The translations under genes and the position numbers were made by a program. A stretch of 63,479 nucleotides of DNA from a virus (Duplodnaviria; Caudoviricetes): positions 1-63,479 of IMG/VR virus record IMGVR_UViG_3300025121_000056, one strand, 5' to 3'. The notes beneath the pieces were generated by a model. That model had not been told where the DNA came from, searched no databases, and saw nothing but the letters and a program-made list of their open reading frames with translations. How positions within the stretch are numbered: position 1 is the first letter of the stretch; the number at the start of each line of letters is the position of its first letter. Of this stretch, positions 1-10,010 are shown piece by piece.

Positions 1-132
1 AACCGGAGTGATCATAGAACAAGGTAAAGTTGTAGAGAGAATTCTAAACGATGTAACGATTGGAGAATATGATATTGTGATCTCTAATGCACCGTACGGA
101 CCAACAGAAAGAGAAATGGAATTTGTCAAACT
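1..132. repeat. End overlap with 63347-63479 (circular assembly overlap)
   Basis: 7-132 is identical to 63354-63479 (126 nt); the first bases differ by one A (AACCGGAGTG vs AACCGGAAGTG). Confidence 0.95.
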
Positions 133-568
133 GGTGGATTTAATGAAGTTTGCTATTACAATCAATCCACAATTTGCAACTAAGATGTTCCCGGTGATGG
201 TGAAGGCAAGCGATAGTTCATATCGGACCGAAGTATTAGAAGCACTTGATATGATGGATGATCAGAAAGGGGATAAAGAAGCTCAGGCACAAACAGCTAT
301 GTTGGCTCTTCAACAGGCATTCCAGAAACTAGAACTTGATAAAGGGAGCGCTGAATTACAAAATCAAATGATACAGAACCAACAAGATCAGGTAGAAACC
401 GAAGGCAAGGTATTGGATAACACACAAAAGAAAATCAATCTTCAGTTAGAAGCACACGGAAAAATGCTTGATAATGAGAAGAAAAATTACGATTTTCAAG
501 TAGCACAAAAATCCCAACAAGACGCACTCAATGGAATGATAGTTCACAGCAGGGCAGCTAATGGATAA
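8..568 (+). CDS. Portal protein, C-terminal part (continues from 61729 across the circular junction)
   Basis: In frame with the 61729 ORF through the overlap; 'GEYDIVIS..P..PT.R' motif and Gln-rich coiled-coil tail resemble P22-like portals. Confidence 0.85.
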   Translation: MIIEQGKVVERILNDVTIGEYDIVISNAPYGPTEREMEFVKLVDLMKFAITINPQFATKMFPVMVKASDSSYRTEVLEALDMMDDQKGDKEAQAQTAMLALQQAFQKLELDKGSAELQNQMIQNQQDQVETEGKVLDNTQKKINLQLEAHGKMLDNEKKNYDFQVAQKSQQDALNGMIVHSRAANG

Positions 569-741
569 AGTGGATTGGGAAAAACTTAAACAAGCACAAA
601 GAGATCATAATAACATGATTGGTTTTATGCTTCATTGTCAGACTTGGGATCTCATACATCTGCGAGATCGAAAAATTCCTACTTATACTGTCAAAAGCAA
701 AATAATTCTATCACACATTGAATATATAATGAATTAAATAT

Positions 742-815
742 AGCGGGTTGCATGTAATTGGTAACAGGCTTGGCTCATAACCAAGTAATTGTGGGTTCAA
801 TTCCCTCACCCGCCA
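742..815 (+). tRNA. tRNA-Met(CAT), initiator-like
   Basis: Acceptor GCGGGT/ACCCGC with A1:C72 mismatch, D loop TGGTA, anticodon arm CTTGG-CTCATAA-CCAAG, T arm GTGGG-TTCAATT-CCCTC; no encoded CCA. Confidence 0.88.
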
Positions 816-1048
816 CAAACTATAGAAGGGCAATTTGAAATTTACAATACCAGAATTGAATAAGAATCTCGATCAGTTCTACAAAGACAGTCCACCCTAT
901 AAGTGTCCGTTCCAAATTATGCCCGAAGTTGCAGAAATATTTATGGAGTTAGATTTCTTCCTTATCAGCAACCCATATCCTTTTTATCAGCACGATATAA
1001 TATACTATAAAACAACAGTTGGATTTGTGCAACTATTTCTAAACTAAT

Positions 1049-1669
1049 ATGACAAAATACGATCAATTTAAGTGCTGGATAAAGTACAGACTGTTTCACA
1101 AGAAACGTACGTTAAAGCAGACGCAAGAGTTTTGGAATAAAGCCGAGGGTGATAATTGGAATAAGTATAAAGAAGGGATAGGAAAAAGTAAGTTCTTCCA
1201 TAATTTAATTGCGTTTATTCCTCTGTCAAAACACACAAGGATTTTAGAACTTGGATGTAATGTTGGTAGAAATCTTAATTATTTAAGGTCTAAGGGATTC
1301 ACAAATTTGACTGGGATAGAATTAAACTCGGAAGCCGTTAAGAACTCTTTGAAAGGATTCAAGATATTCAATAGTTCGATAGAGGACTACCTTAGAAATT
1401 TTGAAAACAAATATGATTTGATTTTTACAATGGCCGCATTAGAACACTTACCACAAGAAAGCGAATGGATATTTGCAGAGATGGTCAAGAGAGCAAAACA
1501 CATTATCACGATTGAGGACGAGCACTCATTAAATAAAATATGTTTCCCGCGAAACTATAAAAAGATTTTTGAAAGTTTAGGGATGAAGCAGATATATGAA
1601 TGTGATTGTGAGGGTGTTCATCCAACACTAACCAAAAATTTTAGAGCAAGAGTATTCCAACATAAATAA
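1049..1669 (+). CDS. Class I SAM-dependent methyltransferase
   Basis: Motif I ILELGCNVG, LTGIE, YDLIFTMAALEHL. Confidence 0.85.
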   Translation: MTKYDQFKCWIKYRLFHKKRTLKQTQEFWNKAEGDNWNKYKEGIGKSKFFHNLIAFIPLSKHTRILELGCNVGRNLNYLRSKGFTNLTGIELNSEAVKNSLKGFKIFNSSIEDYLRNFENKYDLIFTMAALEHLPQESEWIFAEMVKRAKHIITIEDEHSLNKICFPRNYKKIFESLGMKQIYECDCEGVHPTLTKNFRARVFQHK

Positions 1670-1854
1670 AGGGTGGTTATGACAATCTATGAATTTTTCT
1701 TTCAGAGTTTTTGGCATTGGTTAGGTGCAACAATCTGGCTCTTGGTTATTATAGGATTCATTCAAAAGAGAATCTTCCCAAGAGTAGTAACCGGATGGGA
1801 CAGATTTAGAGAGTTATTCAAACGGAATTTACAAAAAGAATTAAAGGTAAAACC

Positions 1855-2295
1855 ATGAACCAATCCCAAGTAAGAGAAATAAAGAAAGCGAACCGAGAAG
1901 AAGCACTTGAAATGGCGCAAGATACTAAGACTAAATTATTAAAATTAATTTTCAGTATTGATGATCAGACCTTAGAAGCAAACGAATTCAACGTAATGTA
2001 TCAGAGCGAATTTAACGCAACACTCACAAAGGTACAGATATGGCTCAATCGTTACATTGATAGCTACAACAGAGAAGCTGCCATTGATACAAGTAAGTTG
2101 CCAACAGTAACAGATGTTAAAACAATTCACGACGATAACCTAAAGATAGATTACCGGATAAACTACTTATCAAGCATTGCAGCGAGACTAATAAGTTATG
2201 GAGAAAAAGCAACTGACGGCGAACAAACACACTCAATTCTTAAAGCGCTTGACTACATCTACGAGTGCATTGGCTATTTGGAGTTAATGAAATAA
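1855..2295 (+). CDS. Hypothetical protein
   Basis: 146-aa ORF with ATGA overlap to the upstream ORF. Confidence 0.6.
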   Translation: MNQSQVREIKKANREEALEMAQDTKTKLLKLIFSIDDQTLEANEFNVMYQSEFNATLTKVQIWLNRYIDSYNREAAIDTSKLPTVTDVKTIHDDNLKIDYRINYLSSIAARLISYGEKATDGEQTHSILKALDYIYECIGYLELMK

Positions 2296-2307
2296 ACAGA
2301 GGAGAAA

Positions 2308-2598
2308 ATGAGAAGTTATAGTAAAACAATAATATTGTTGTTTATAATGCTTGCGTTGTTGGTGGTACTTTTGTTCGTGCAGAGAAAAACAGACACAAGC
2401 ATTTTTATTGTAACCGAGATAAAACCAGGTAATATGATGGCACTAAATTCTGAATACGACACATTATCTGTCAGTTGGACTATGCAAGGGAGTAAGGATT
2501 CGGTGAATTGGGTTTCAATAAATCCGTTTTCTAAAATGCAATATTACAAGATAAGAGTAGTAGGGGAACAACAGGTGTATAGGTTTAGCGAGAAATGA
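2308..2598 (+). CDS. Membrane-anchored hypothetical protein
   Basis: GAGGAG RBS, N-terminal hydrophobic helix, 'MQGSKDSVNW' beta-sandwich-like motif. Confidence 0.55.
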   Translation: MRSYSKTIILLFIMLALLVVLLFVQRKTDTSIFIVTEIKPGNMMALNSEYDTLSVSWTMQGSKDSVNWVSINPFSKMQYYKIRVVGEQQVYRFSEK

Positions 2599-2753
2599 TG
2601 AAATGAAGAAAGCAAAACTAATTGCTAGAATAAAGGATTTAGAAACTCAGATAAAGATGCTGATCGAGAAACCGGAATCTTTGGAAGCAAGAGTAATAAA
2701 ATACCGCTATAATTTGACAAAAGAATTAGCAAAAATACTTTGGAGATAGCGAA

Positions 2754-3167
2754 ATGAAAAAATTTTATGAAGATGAAGTTTATATCAAGATGTGTGAAGC
2801 TGCAAAAGAAATACAGAGAAAACGAAGTAATTGGGAAAAAGGAGAATTGATTTTAATTGCAGGGGATTATCTTCTATCCATAAGCGCAAATAAAGAAAAA
2901 AGATTATTGCAGTTGGTCGGACTAGAGTATGAGGGTAGAATACAACACCCTTTATCGGGTGTTGTTGTTCGGCTACCCCGCCAAGACCAACTACAAGAGA
3001 TGTCTAATATGGATTGGATAGAGTATAATAAAAAATGCGTTGATTTTCCATTTGACATGAGAGAAATACATAGTGGCGATAAGATGCCATCAAAAGAAGA
3101 AACCGGATTGAGAGTAATTATGAAAGAGAAATTTAATAAAACTTGGGATGGTGAGGATTGGGTATGA
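2754..3167 (+). CDS. Hypothetical phage protein
   Basis: GGAG RBS; 'YIKMCEAAKEIQ...LPRQDQLQEM...KTWDGEDW' pattern. Confidence 0.6.
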   Translation: MKKFYEDEVYIKMCEAAKEIQRKRSNWEKGELILIAGDYLLSISANKEKRLLQLVGLEYEGRIQHPLSGVVVRLPRQDQLQEMSNMDWIEYNKKCVDFPFDMREIHSGDKMPSKEETGLRVIMKEKFNKTWDGEDWV

Positions 3168-3918
3168 CAGAAACTCGATATTGGATTATTGCAGTTGTAA
3201 CTTCACTTATGTTTTCCGGCTTGGGATATTTATTTGAGAAGGAGCCGGGATTAATTATCGGCTTATTTCCTTTCGTACTTGGTCTTTTTATGGGTATCAT
3301 TGATAGAGGGCATACATGAACTATGTAGTAATGACGAAAGGGCAAATAAAGAAACTCGAAAAAGACAAAAGATTCAGAAAGATGCGGAAACCGAAAATCG
3401 AACACACTTTTACGGTTGAGAGAATCCATCATTTCTTTGAATGTCTCGCTGGTAAAAAAGGCAACATAGAAACAACCAAGAAAATTTTAGGAGTAAAATA
3501 AAGATGAAAGTATCAAAAGACTTTCTGCTGGTAGTCCTGGGTGTAATCACTTCCATATTCTTTGCTATATGGGTGGGAGATGTCTTCGCTGGTATGTTTA
3601 TGCTACACATAATCTTAGTGGTTGATGTAATCCATGACAGACCTTAAAGAACTCACATCTTGGATAGAGAGTTTACCGAATACTCAGAAGCATAAAGTTC
3701 TTGAGTTCTTAGACTTGTTGAGAATATCTCATCAGTCAAGTTTAGTTGTAGGATTTTATGTAAGTGTAACACCACAGAGAGAAATAGTTTTTGACACACA
3801 GAAGTTAAGTTACGATTCCTTAAAAAAAATGGTTCTATAATTTTTCATAGTAGATATTTATAAATTTATTTTTATATTATGCACAAATAATTAAGTAGTA
3901 ATCGGATAAGTTTAATAG

Positions 3919-3962
3919 ACCCCGATCAGTTCCAGAAAAAGGAATTGGCTGGGGTTTTTTAT
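3919..3962 (+). terminator. Intrinsic terminator-like hairpin before the structural block
   Basis: ACCCCGATCAGTTCC-loop-GGAATTGGCTGGGGT followed by a T run. Confidence 0.6.
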
Positions 3963-3998
3963 TTTATGAAAACAACAAAACTACATAGGAGTTGACAG

Positions 3999-4478
3999 AT
4001 GAAAAAGCTCAAATTATTCTCCCTCGTATTTCTTTTAATGATAATCCCACTTACCCTAAACGCCCAATGGACGAACAACGCACGTACACAAGTAAAAGGT
4101 GTTAGCGGTTTGGAATTGTCCTTCACTGGGACAATGGATACAACTGCGGGCACTTATGCGACACTCACTTCAAATTTGTTTGCACTGTCGGATTATGATG
4201 GTGTAACCGATCTTGAGTATTCGTATTATGTTGTTTGTGCTGCTGGTGCGCCAAAAGTTAAGATAACATTATTGCATAGTAACGAAACCACAACAGCATC
4301 TTCAATGATTGCGACAGTATTACAAGACAGTATAGAAACTGAAACCGAAACATTCACCTATAAAGCACTCCAAGGCATACGATCAAAATATTATAGACTA
4401 AAATTAGAATCAATCGCCGGCGGACGTGATGCGGCAGTATTTTCGCTCTATTTTACTCTTCCTAAGCGAGATTATTAA
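3999..4478 (+). CDS. Signal-peptide-bearing beta-rich protein (possible virion decoration)
   Basis: MKKLKLFSLVFLLMIIPLTLNA-Q leader; C-terminal 'SKYYRLKLE' jelly-roll-like motif. Confidence 0.6.
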   Translation: MKKLKLFSLVFLLMIIPLTLNAQWTNNARTQVKGVSGLELSFTGTMDTTAGTYATLTSNLFALSDYDGVTDLEYSYYVVCAAGAPKVKITLLHSNETTTASSMIATVLQDSIETETETFTYKALQGIRSKYYRLKLESIAGGRDAAVFSLYFTLPKRDY

Positions 4479-4518
4479 AAGTGAAATATTTTAATAATAT
4501 CTAAAAGCGGAGAATAAA

Positions 4519-4812
4519 ATGGCTACTAAAGAATTAAAAGAAAAGATGAAAAACGTCTTGACTGATGCTGTAAAAGCTGAGATCAAGAAAGATAAAGTCA
4601 GCAAAACCATAGATTCCGTAAGAATTGAAGATGGAATAATCACCGCGAATTTCTCGGTCCGGATGCCAAAAGAAGAAGGGAAAGAAGAGGAAAAACACGA
4701 TATGGTAACGGTTGAATCATCTTATCAAAATTTTACAAAGAACTTCAAATCACCGGAAGAATTTAATTCTTTTGTTTGGGATGAGTTCTTCAATGACTTT
4801 AAGAAAGAATAA
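4519..4812 (+). CDS. Hypothetical protein
   Basis: GGAG RBS, 97-aa ORF in the structural block. Confidence 0.6.
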   Translation: MATKELKEKMKNVLTDAVKAEIKKDKVSKTIDSVRIEDGIITANFSVRMPKEEGKEEEKHDMVTVESSYQNFTKNFKSPEEFNSFVWDEFFNDFKKE

Positions 4813-4867
4813 CAATTACGAAAGTCTAAGAGACGAATGAAATCAAATTTACATAGGAGAGAAGGCA

Positions 4868-5827
4868 ATGCTTACAAGAATTAGAAGAGGAGCAACAAAC
4901 CGAAGGGGTGTATTGGTTGATGGTGAAATTTACGCCGACAAAACCAAAAAATGTTTTGTATTAATGATGGAGGGTGTAGCATACGAATTTACGCCGGACG
5001 TTTCTTTGTCCAATGTTTATTATGCTATACAAGACACTGAAACATACTATGACGACTTTTATGAGTTGAATTATAGAGAATATGCAGACGGGACTGTTAG
5101 TATTTATAATACCATTCAAGCTGCTATTGACGCTACAATGGCGAATAGAGGCGATCAGGTTATTGTTGTTGGTGAGTGGGCTATTACAACACCAATTCTA
5201 TTAAATAAATGGGGAACAACTTTAAGAGGCGCAACCGATTGGAATAACGAAATGGGCGGAGGCAACTCAAACATTACCTGTACGGGTGACGCTGTTTCGG
5301 TAATCAATGTAACAAAAGCTAAAACTCATATTGAAAATTTAGTCCTTTATATGAACGGAACTGGAACTACAAAAGGGATCGAATACAGTTCAGCCGCACC
5401 TTCACAATCTTTAGTAAGAAATGTAGCCATTATAAAGAATGATGGGGATGATGCAGAAGGTCAGGGCATTAAGTTTACAACCGTTCCGACAAGATCAACT
5501 TTTTCAAATATCTTTATTTCCGGCAATACTACGGGAACAAAAAAATTAAACCAAGGAATCTTAGGCGCTTCTTATTCTTGTTTATTTAAGGACATCACAA
5601 TAGGACGTACAGCTTACCAAGCGATTTATAATGTAGGAAGTTCAAACGATAAATATGAAAAAATAACTGTTCTGCCATCGTGTTCAGTAGGAACAGAGAT
5701 AGGCGGAGTAGATGCAGCAAGTTCGGCAATGATAGACAGCCGTATTATGGCTGCAACACCCGGCGTAAGTTCATTAGCAATTTCACAATGTTTCACAACA
5801 GGGACAACAGCATATACAGGCACATAA
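4868..5827 (+). CDS. Right-handed beta-helix (pectin-lyase-like) protein, probable head fibre or spike
   Basis: 'YNTIQAAIDA...GDQVIV' beta-helix cap followed by 'IENL/VRNV/FSNI/FKDI' rungs. Confidence 0.65.
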   Translation: MLTRIRRGATNRRGVLVDGEIYADKTKKCFVLMMEGVAYEFTPDVSLSNVYYAIQDTETYYDDFYELNYREYADGTVSIYNTIQAAIDATMANRGDQVIVVGEWAITTPILLNKWGTTLRGATDWNNEMGGGNSNITCTGDAVSVINVTKAKTHIENLVLYMNGTGTTKGIEYSSAAPSQSLVRNVAIIKNDGDDAEGQGIKFTTVPTRSTFSNIFISGNTTGTKKLNQGILGASYSCLFKDITIGRTAYQAIYNVGSSNDKYEKITVLPSCSVGTEIGGVDAASSAMIDSRIMAATPGVSSLAISQCFTTGTTAYTGT

Positions 5828-5885
5828 TTAAATAATCATTAACCGCGGAGAATATCGCTTAAAAGCGGTACTGCAAGGAGTAAAA

Positions 5886-7121
5886 ATGCCAGAACGAGAT
5901 TTTAACCAAATAATGGACGATCTGAAAGTTAGTGAAGACGAAAACATTGATAAAATCAGTGAAGTAGCGGATAACGCATCACCCGAAGAAGTAGAGGCAC
6001 TCAAAGAGTTATTTGAAGAAGGCGACAAAGCAGATTCATCAAGCACCGACGAAAAGGATAATGCTGATGATAAAACCGATTTAGAGCCGGAAAAGAAAAT
6101 AACCGATGAGGAAAAACCCAAAGATCAAGCGGAAGACGATAAGGAATTAGAGAAAGAGACAAAGGAAGAACCGGGAGAAGTTATTCCTCTCGATACTAAA
6201 CCTATCACAATCTCCGATGATTATATTTCCAAGGCAGATGAGAAAGACCGTAATATTTTGCAAGCTATTAAGGGAGAAATGTTCTCACCTAAAGGATTGC
6301 AGAATTACATTAATGCACAACGTAAAATTGGAGAACTCGGTACAAAACTTGGTGAGCAATCCAAACAAACAGAAAAAGAAATTCCGGCTAAAATTGTACC
6401 GGAGACATTTCCTAAACAACAATTCACAGAAGAAGTTGAAAAACTTAAAGAAGTTGAGATCCTCAACAGACTAAGAAAATCTTTTCCCGATTTACCCGAA
6501 GATTTACAAGAAGCCAAAGAATACATTAATTCATTACCACAGAGTGACTTTTATAGGTATATGAAAAAAGAAGATTCTATGCGCGATGAAGTAGAACAAG
6601 ACTTTAATAAAGCCGTTTATTATCAAGAGCATCAACCGGAAATCAATACTACTATTATCAAAAATGACATTGATAAAATTATAGCGGAATTAAAAGAAGA
6701 TGGTATTGAAGATCCCGCAAAGTTCGGTTTGGATTTAACCATTATAAAAGACGCTAATGGTAAAAGTAATAATGCTTTATTACAAGAGTTGATTACTACT
6801 GATGGTAAAACTATGGATAAAAGCCTTGTAACATTTGTCGGTAATGTGCCAATATTTAACGAAGGAGCAATCTATAATAAATTCTTTGCTATTAAGCGCG
6901 GAGTTATTAGAGACATCATTCGTAAAAAAACTTCCATAGATTCCAGGAAAGAAGCATTTAATGAATTAAAGAAACATGGCGAAGACGCGAATAATACTGC
7001 TTCAGTGGAAAAAAGTGGTGGAGTTACCGGCAACAAATACAAAGGGAAAGATTTAGATAAAGTTGATGATTTGAACCCTTCTGAAGTAGAAGAGTTGAAG
7101 AGGGAGATGGAAAAAGAATAA
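5886..7121 (+). CDS. Probable capsid scaffolding protein
   Basis: Very acidic N-terminus and coiled coils; 'YINAQRKIGE'; directly upstream of the major capsid gene. Confidence 0.7.
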   Translation: MPERDFNQIMDDLKVSEDENIDKISEVADNASPEEVEALKELFEEGDKADSSSTDEKDNADDKTDLEPEKKITDEEKPKDQAEDDKELEKETKEEPGEVIPLDTKPITISDDYISKADEKDRNILQAIKGEMFSPKGLQNYINAQRKIGELGTKLGEQSKQTEKEIPAKIVPETFPKQQFTEEVEKLKEVEILNRLRKSFPDLPEDLQEAKEYINSLPQSDFYRYMKKEDSMRDEVEQDFNKAVYYQEHQPEINTTIIKNDIDKIIAELKEDGIEDPAKFGLDLTIIKDANGKSNNALLQELITTDGKTMDKSLVTFVGNVPIFNEGAIYNKFFAIKRGVIRDIIRKKTSIDSRKEAFNELKKHGEDANNTASVEKSGGVTGNKYKGKDLDKVDDLNPSEVEELKREMEKE

Positions 7122-7151
7122 ATTTTATAACCCTCTACAGGAGAAATTTCA

Positions 7152-8432
7152 ATGAATATGTTCGATAGCAATATCCGGGCGTATCGCAAGATTCTAGCTG
7201 CTGATCTAAAGTTCGCACCGTTTTATGGTGATTCTTTTTGGACGAGATATATGGGATTTGTTGGTTCAAAAGGGAACTATCCTCAATCAGTAGCATTAGG
7301 TTCAAGCGAAACCAAAAATTTAACACCCACCGGCAAACCTATTGAAGTCTTAACGAACTTCATGGACGAACCGGGTGATACAATGGAAATTCCATTGTTG
7401 AATCCACTTACTGATCAACCGTTGTATGATGTTCAGTTGCTCAGTAATGAAGAAGAACCAAAACTTACCTATATGTCAGTACATACTCACATCTTCAGGA
7501 AAGGTGTAGTTTTGAGAGATTCCAAAGTTAGTGAACAAGTATTAAAGAAAATCGCTAAGAAGTTGATGAGTAAATCACAGTCACAATTAAAAGATTATTT
7601 CCGAAGATTGATAGGGTATCAACCTTATCTTGCTCTTTTAGAGAAATATTCTCACAACATGACTACTGCAAAAGCTGTCTATGGCGGGTTAGGATTAACG
7701 GCTGTATTGCATCCTAATTTCTATGTTGCTGGTACAACCAAACCAACGTGGAGTGAAACAGCAGCTACTTATGCAACAAACGTAGCCAACGCTCTTACTA
7801 CTCTTACTGATACTACCGATAAAAGAATGTCTGCTGAAATGGTGAAGAAGATGGTTCGCGAAGCATCAATTTCTTTGATCAGACCAGCAACAAATATTAA
7901 CGGGACTTTGCTTTATGATATAGTTATGTCGGAAGCTGCTGCTTATGACTTATCAAAAGATGAAGAATTCAGAACAGCTTTTAATTACGCATATATGGGC
8001 GCACAAGAGAAATCTAAACTTCAATATGGTCAAATTGATGGTACTGTATTCTTCAATGCACTCATTCATGTTGATCAGAATATCCCAGATGCAAAGATTT
8101 CCGGTGATACAGGTTTTGATAGTTCCAAGACAGTTAGTTTTGGTAACTATAATACCTATATGGCAAATCCTTGCTCTTCAGGTAACAGAAAACTTGCCAT
8201 TCTTTTTGGTGCAAGTGCTATTGGTTGCGGTTATGCTGCACCACTTTCATTTGAACAAGAAGATTGGGATTACAAATACAAATTAACCGAAGGTGCAGAT
8301 ATGTACATCGGTTTTGAACGACCGGACATTATTGATTATGATGGTAAATACGGGACAGCCGGTTATCTGCATAGAAATGCAAGTTCATTAGTCGTTGCTC
8401 ATTGGGGCGATGATAACACAATAGCTTTTTAA
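7152..8432 (+). CDS. Major capsid protein
   Basis: 426 aa after the scaffold; 'PGDTMEIPLLNPL...EEE', 'AILFGASAIG..YA...EQEDWDY' pattern of N4-gp56/DUF4043-like capsids; followed by a terminator. Confidence 0.8.
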   Translation: MNMFDSNIRAYRKILAADLKFAPFYGDSFWTRYMGFVGSKGNYPQSVALGSSETKNLTPTGKPIEVLTNFMDEPGDTMEIPLLNPLTDQPLYDVQLLSNEEEPKLTYMSVHTHIFRKGVVLRDSKVSEQVLKKIAKKLMSKSQSQLKDYFRRLIGYQPYLALLEKYSHNMTTAKAVYGGLGLTAVLHPNFYVAGTTKPTWSETAATYATNVANALTTLTDTTDKRMSAEMVKKMVREASISLIRPATNINGTLLYDIVMSEAAAYDLSKDEEFRTAFNYAYMGAQEKSKLQYGQIDGTVFFNALIHVDQNIPDAKISGDTGFDSSKTVSFGNYNTYMANPCSSGNRKLAILFGASAIGCGYAAPLSFEQEDWDYKYKLTEGADMYIGFERPDIIDYDGKYGTAGYLHRNASSLVVAHWGDDNTIAF

Positions 8433-8445
8433 TTTCGTTAAATAA

Positions 8446-8482
8446 ATTAGAGAGGTAAGAAATTATCTCTCTAAGTTTTTTT
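8446..8482 (+). terminator. Intrinsic terminator after the capsid gene
   Basis: TTAGAGAGGTAA-GAAA-TTATCTCTCTAA then a T run. Confidence 0.75.
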
Positions 8483-8506
8483 TACCTTGACAAAGGAGTT
8501 TCTACA

Positions 8507-8809
8507 ATGGGACAAGGAACAAGATATAATAATAAACAAGTCCATGATGGCGAAGCTTGGCACGATAAATATGCAATCACCAATACTACTACTCTTGCTG
8601 GTTTAGATATTTTAATCTTAGCTGGTAATAACTCAGAAAAAGTTATTGGTTGGTGGGATAGTGCTACGGCTTTTTCAAGTGCAGCAAAAGGCCATTGCAT
8701 TTATATGCAAAAAGGCGCAGTGATCTTTGACATCCAGGCTAAAGTTATCTGGATTAAAACCGCAGCTTCAGGTACTGATACTTGGGCTTATTCAGCAACA
8801 ATGACATAA
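8507..8809 (+). CDS. Small virion protein (capsid decoration-like)
   Basis: AGGAG RBS; follows the capsid gene; followed by hairpin 8814-8836. Confidence 0.55.
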   Translation: MGQGTRYNNKQVHDGEAWHDKYAITNTTTLAGLDILILAGNNSEKVIGWWDSATAFSSAAKGHCIYMQKGAVIFDIQAKVIWIKTAASGTDTWAYSATMT

Positions 8810-8867
8810 TAATTAAGCGGGAGAAAATCCCGCTTATATTTCATAACATATTAATTTAGAGGATATT

Positions 8868-9368
8868 ATGAGAATAGTATTAACTCAACCCGGTATCACA
8901 AAGTTTTTAGCTCGTAAAGGTGAACATGGAATAACAGAGGGAATAGACATTAATCTTATTGTTGGTGTTCCTTTCGAAGTCCCGGATGCACTTGCTAAAG
9001 AAAGAATAAAAGCAAGCCCAAATCTTTTCAGAGAAGCTACTTCCAAAGATGAAGAATTTGCTAAAAATTACCAGGCACAAAGAATTCAAGAATTAAAAGA
9101 TCAAATCAAGTTGAAAGAAGAAGAAGTTGCTATTGCTCAGAAAGAAATTCAGTCATTAACTAAAAAAGTAGAAACCGGCAAAGTTGATGAAGATGAATTC
9201 AACGTAGCTAAATATCTCGATGAGAACGAACAACTTGATGCAGAGAAATTAGGTAAGCTCGAAAGACCTCAACTAATCGAAGTTGGCAAAGCATTAGAAC
9301 TCGATTTCCCGAATAATGCACCAACGGTAAAATTAATTCAGTTGATTCTTGATGAAACTAAAGCATAA
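8868..9368 (+). CDS. Hypothetical head-region protein with C-terminal HeH/Rho-N-like motif
   Basis: Coiled coil plus 'LERPQLIEVGKALELDFPNNAPTVKLIQLI'. Confidence 0.55.
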   Translation: MRIVLTQPGITKFLARKGEHGITEGIDINLIVGVPFEVPDALAKERIKASPNLFREATSKDEEFAKNYQAQRIQELKDQIKLKEEEVAIAQKEIQSLTKKVETGKVDEDEFNVAKYLDENEQLDAEKLGKLERPQLIEVGKALELDFPNNAPTVKLIQLILDETKA

Positions 9369-9380
9369 AAGAGGTATGAC

Positions 9381-10010
9381 ATCGCTACTGGAGATCGCAC
9401 CAAAAAAATATACGGTAGAGTTTATCGTACCCTCACGAAACCAAAGGAATTAGACGTAAATAAGTTTCAGAGAGAAGAAATATACGACGAACTAAATGAA
9501 GCCGTAAAACAAGTAATGTTGCGTGTACCAATCGAAGCAGTAAAAACTATTGCTATGATTGCAAGCACAACAGACTATACGCTCATATCTTCTAATAGAG
9601 AAATATATGGCTCTATTCTTAGGTTCATTAGACCTTCGACTTGGGACTACGAGATCAAATTTGTTTATCCAAATCTATGGGATGAAATAGTCAATAGTGG
9701 TGAATTTGATGATTATACTAATCCTGTAAGAGCTACAATATTTGCTAACACATTAAAATTATATCCAGCCCCAACAGCAGTAGTAAATCTGATTATTCAC
9801 GCTCAAATGAAAATGCCTTCAACCGATGCTTCGAATTCAGCAGATCCGGAAACGCCAGAAGATTTTGATTCGGCATTGGGAGATTGGATATTGTGGAAAT
9901 TGTTGGGTGATGCAAGTTATTTCAATTCATTTTTAGAACAGATAAAAACAGTTGGTAATATTCATGGCTACAAGGGTTATCAAATCCAAAAGGGCAAGGT
10001 GATCTGGTAA
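9381..10010 (+). CDS. Head-tail adaptor-like protein (first canonical ATG at 9516; probable ATC start at 9381)
   Basis: 'IYDELNEAVKQV' and 'LKLYPAPT...PETPEDFDSAL' adaptor-like motifs; frame is open from 9369. Confidence 0.6.
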   Translation: MATGDRTKKIYGRVYRTLTKPKELDVNKFQREEIYDELNEAVKQVMLRVPIEAVKTIAMIASTTDYTLISSNREIYGSILRFIRPSTWDYEIKFVYPNLWDEIVNSGEFDDYTNPVRATIFANTLKLYPAPTAVVNLIIHAQMKMPSTDASNSADPETPEDFDSALGDWILWKLLGDASYFNSFLEQIKTVGNIHGYKGYQIQKGKVIW

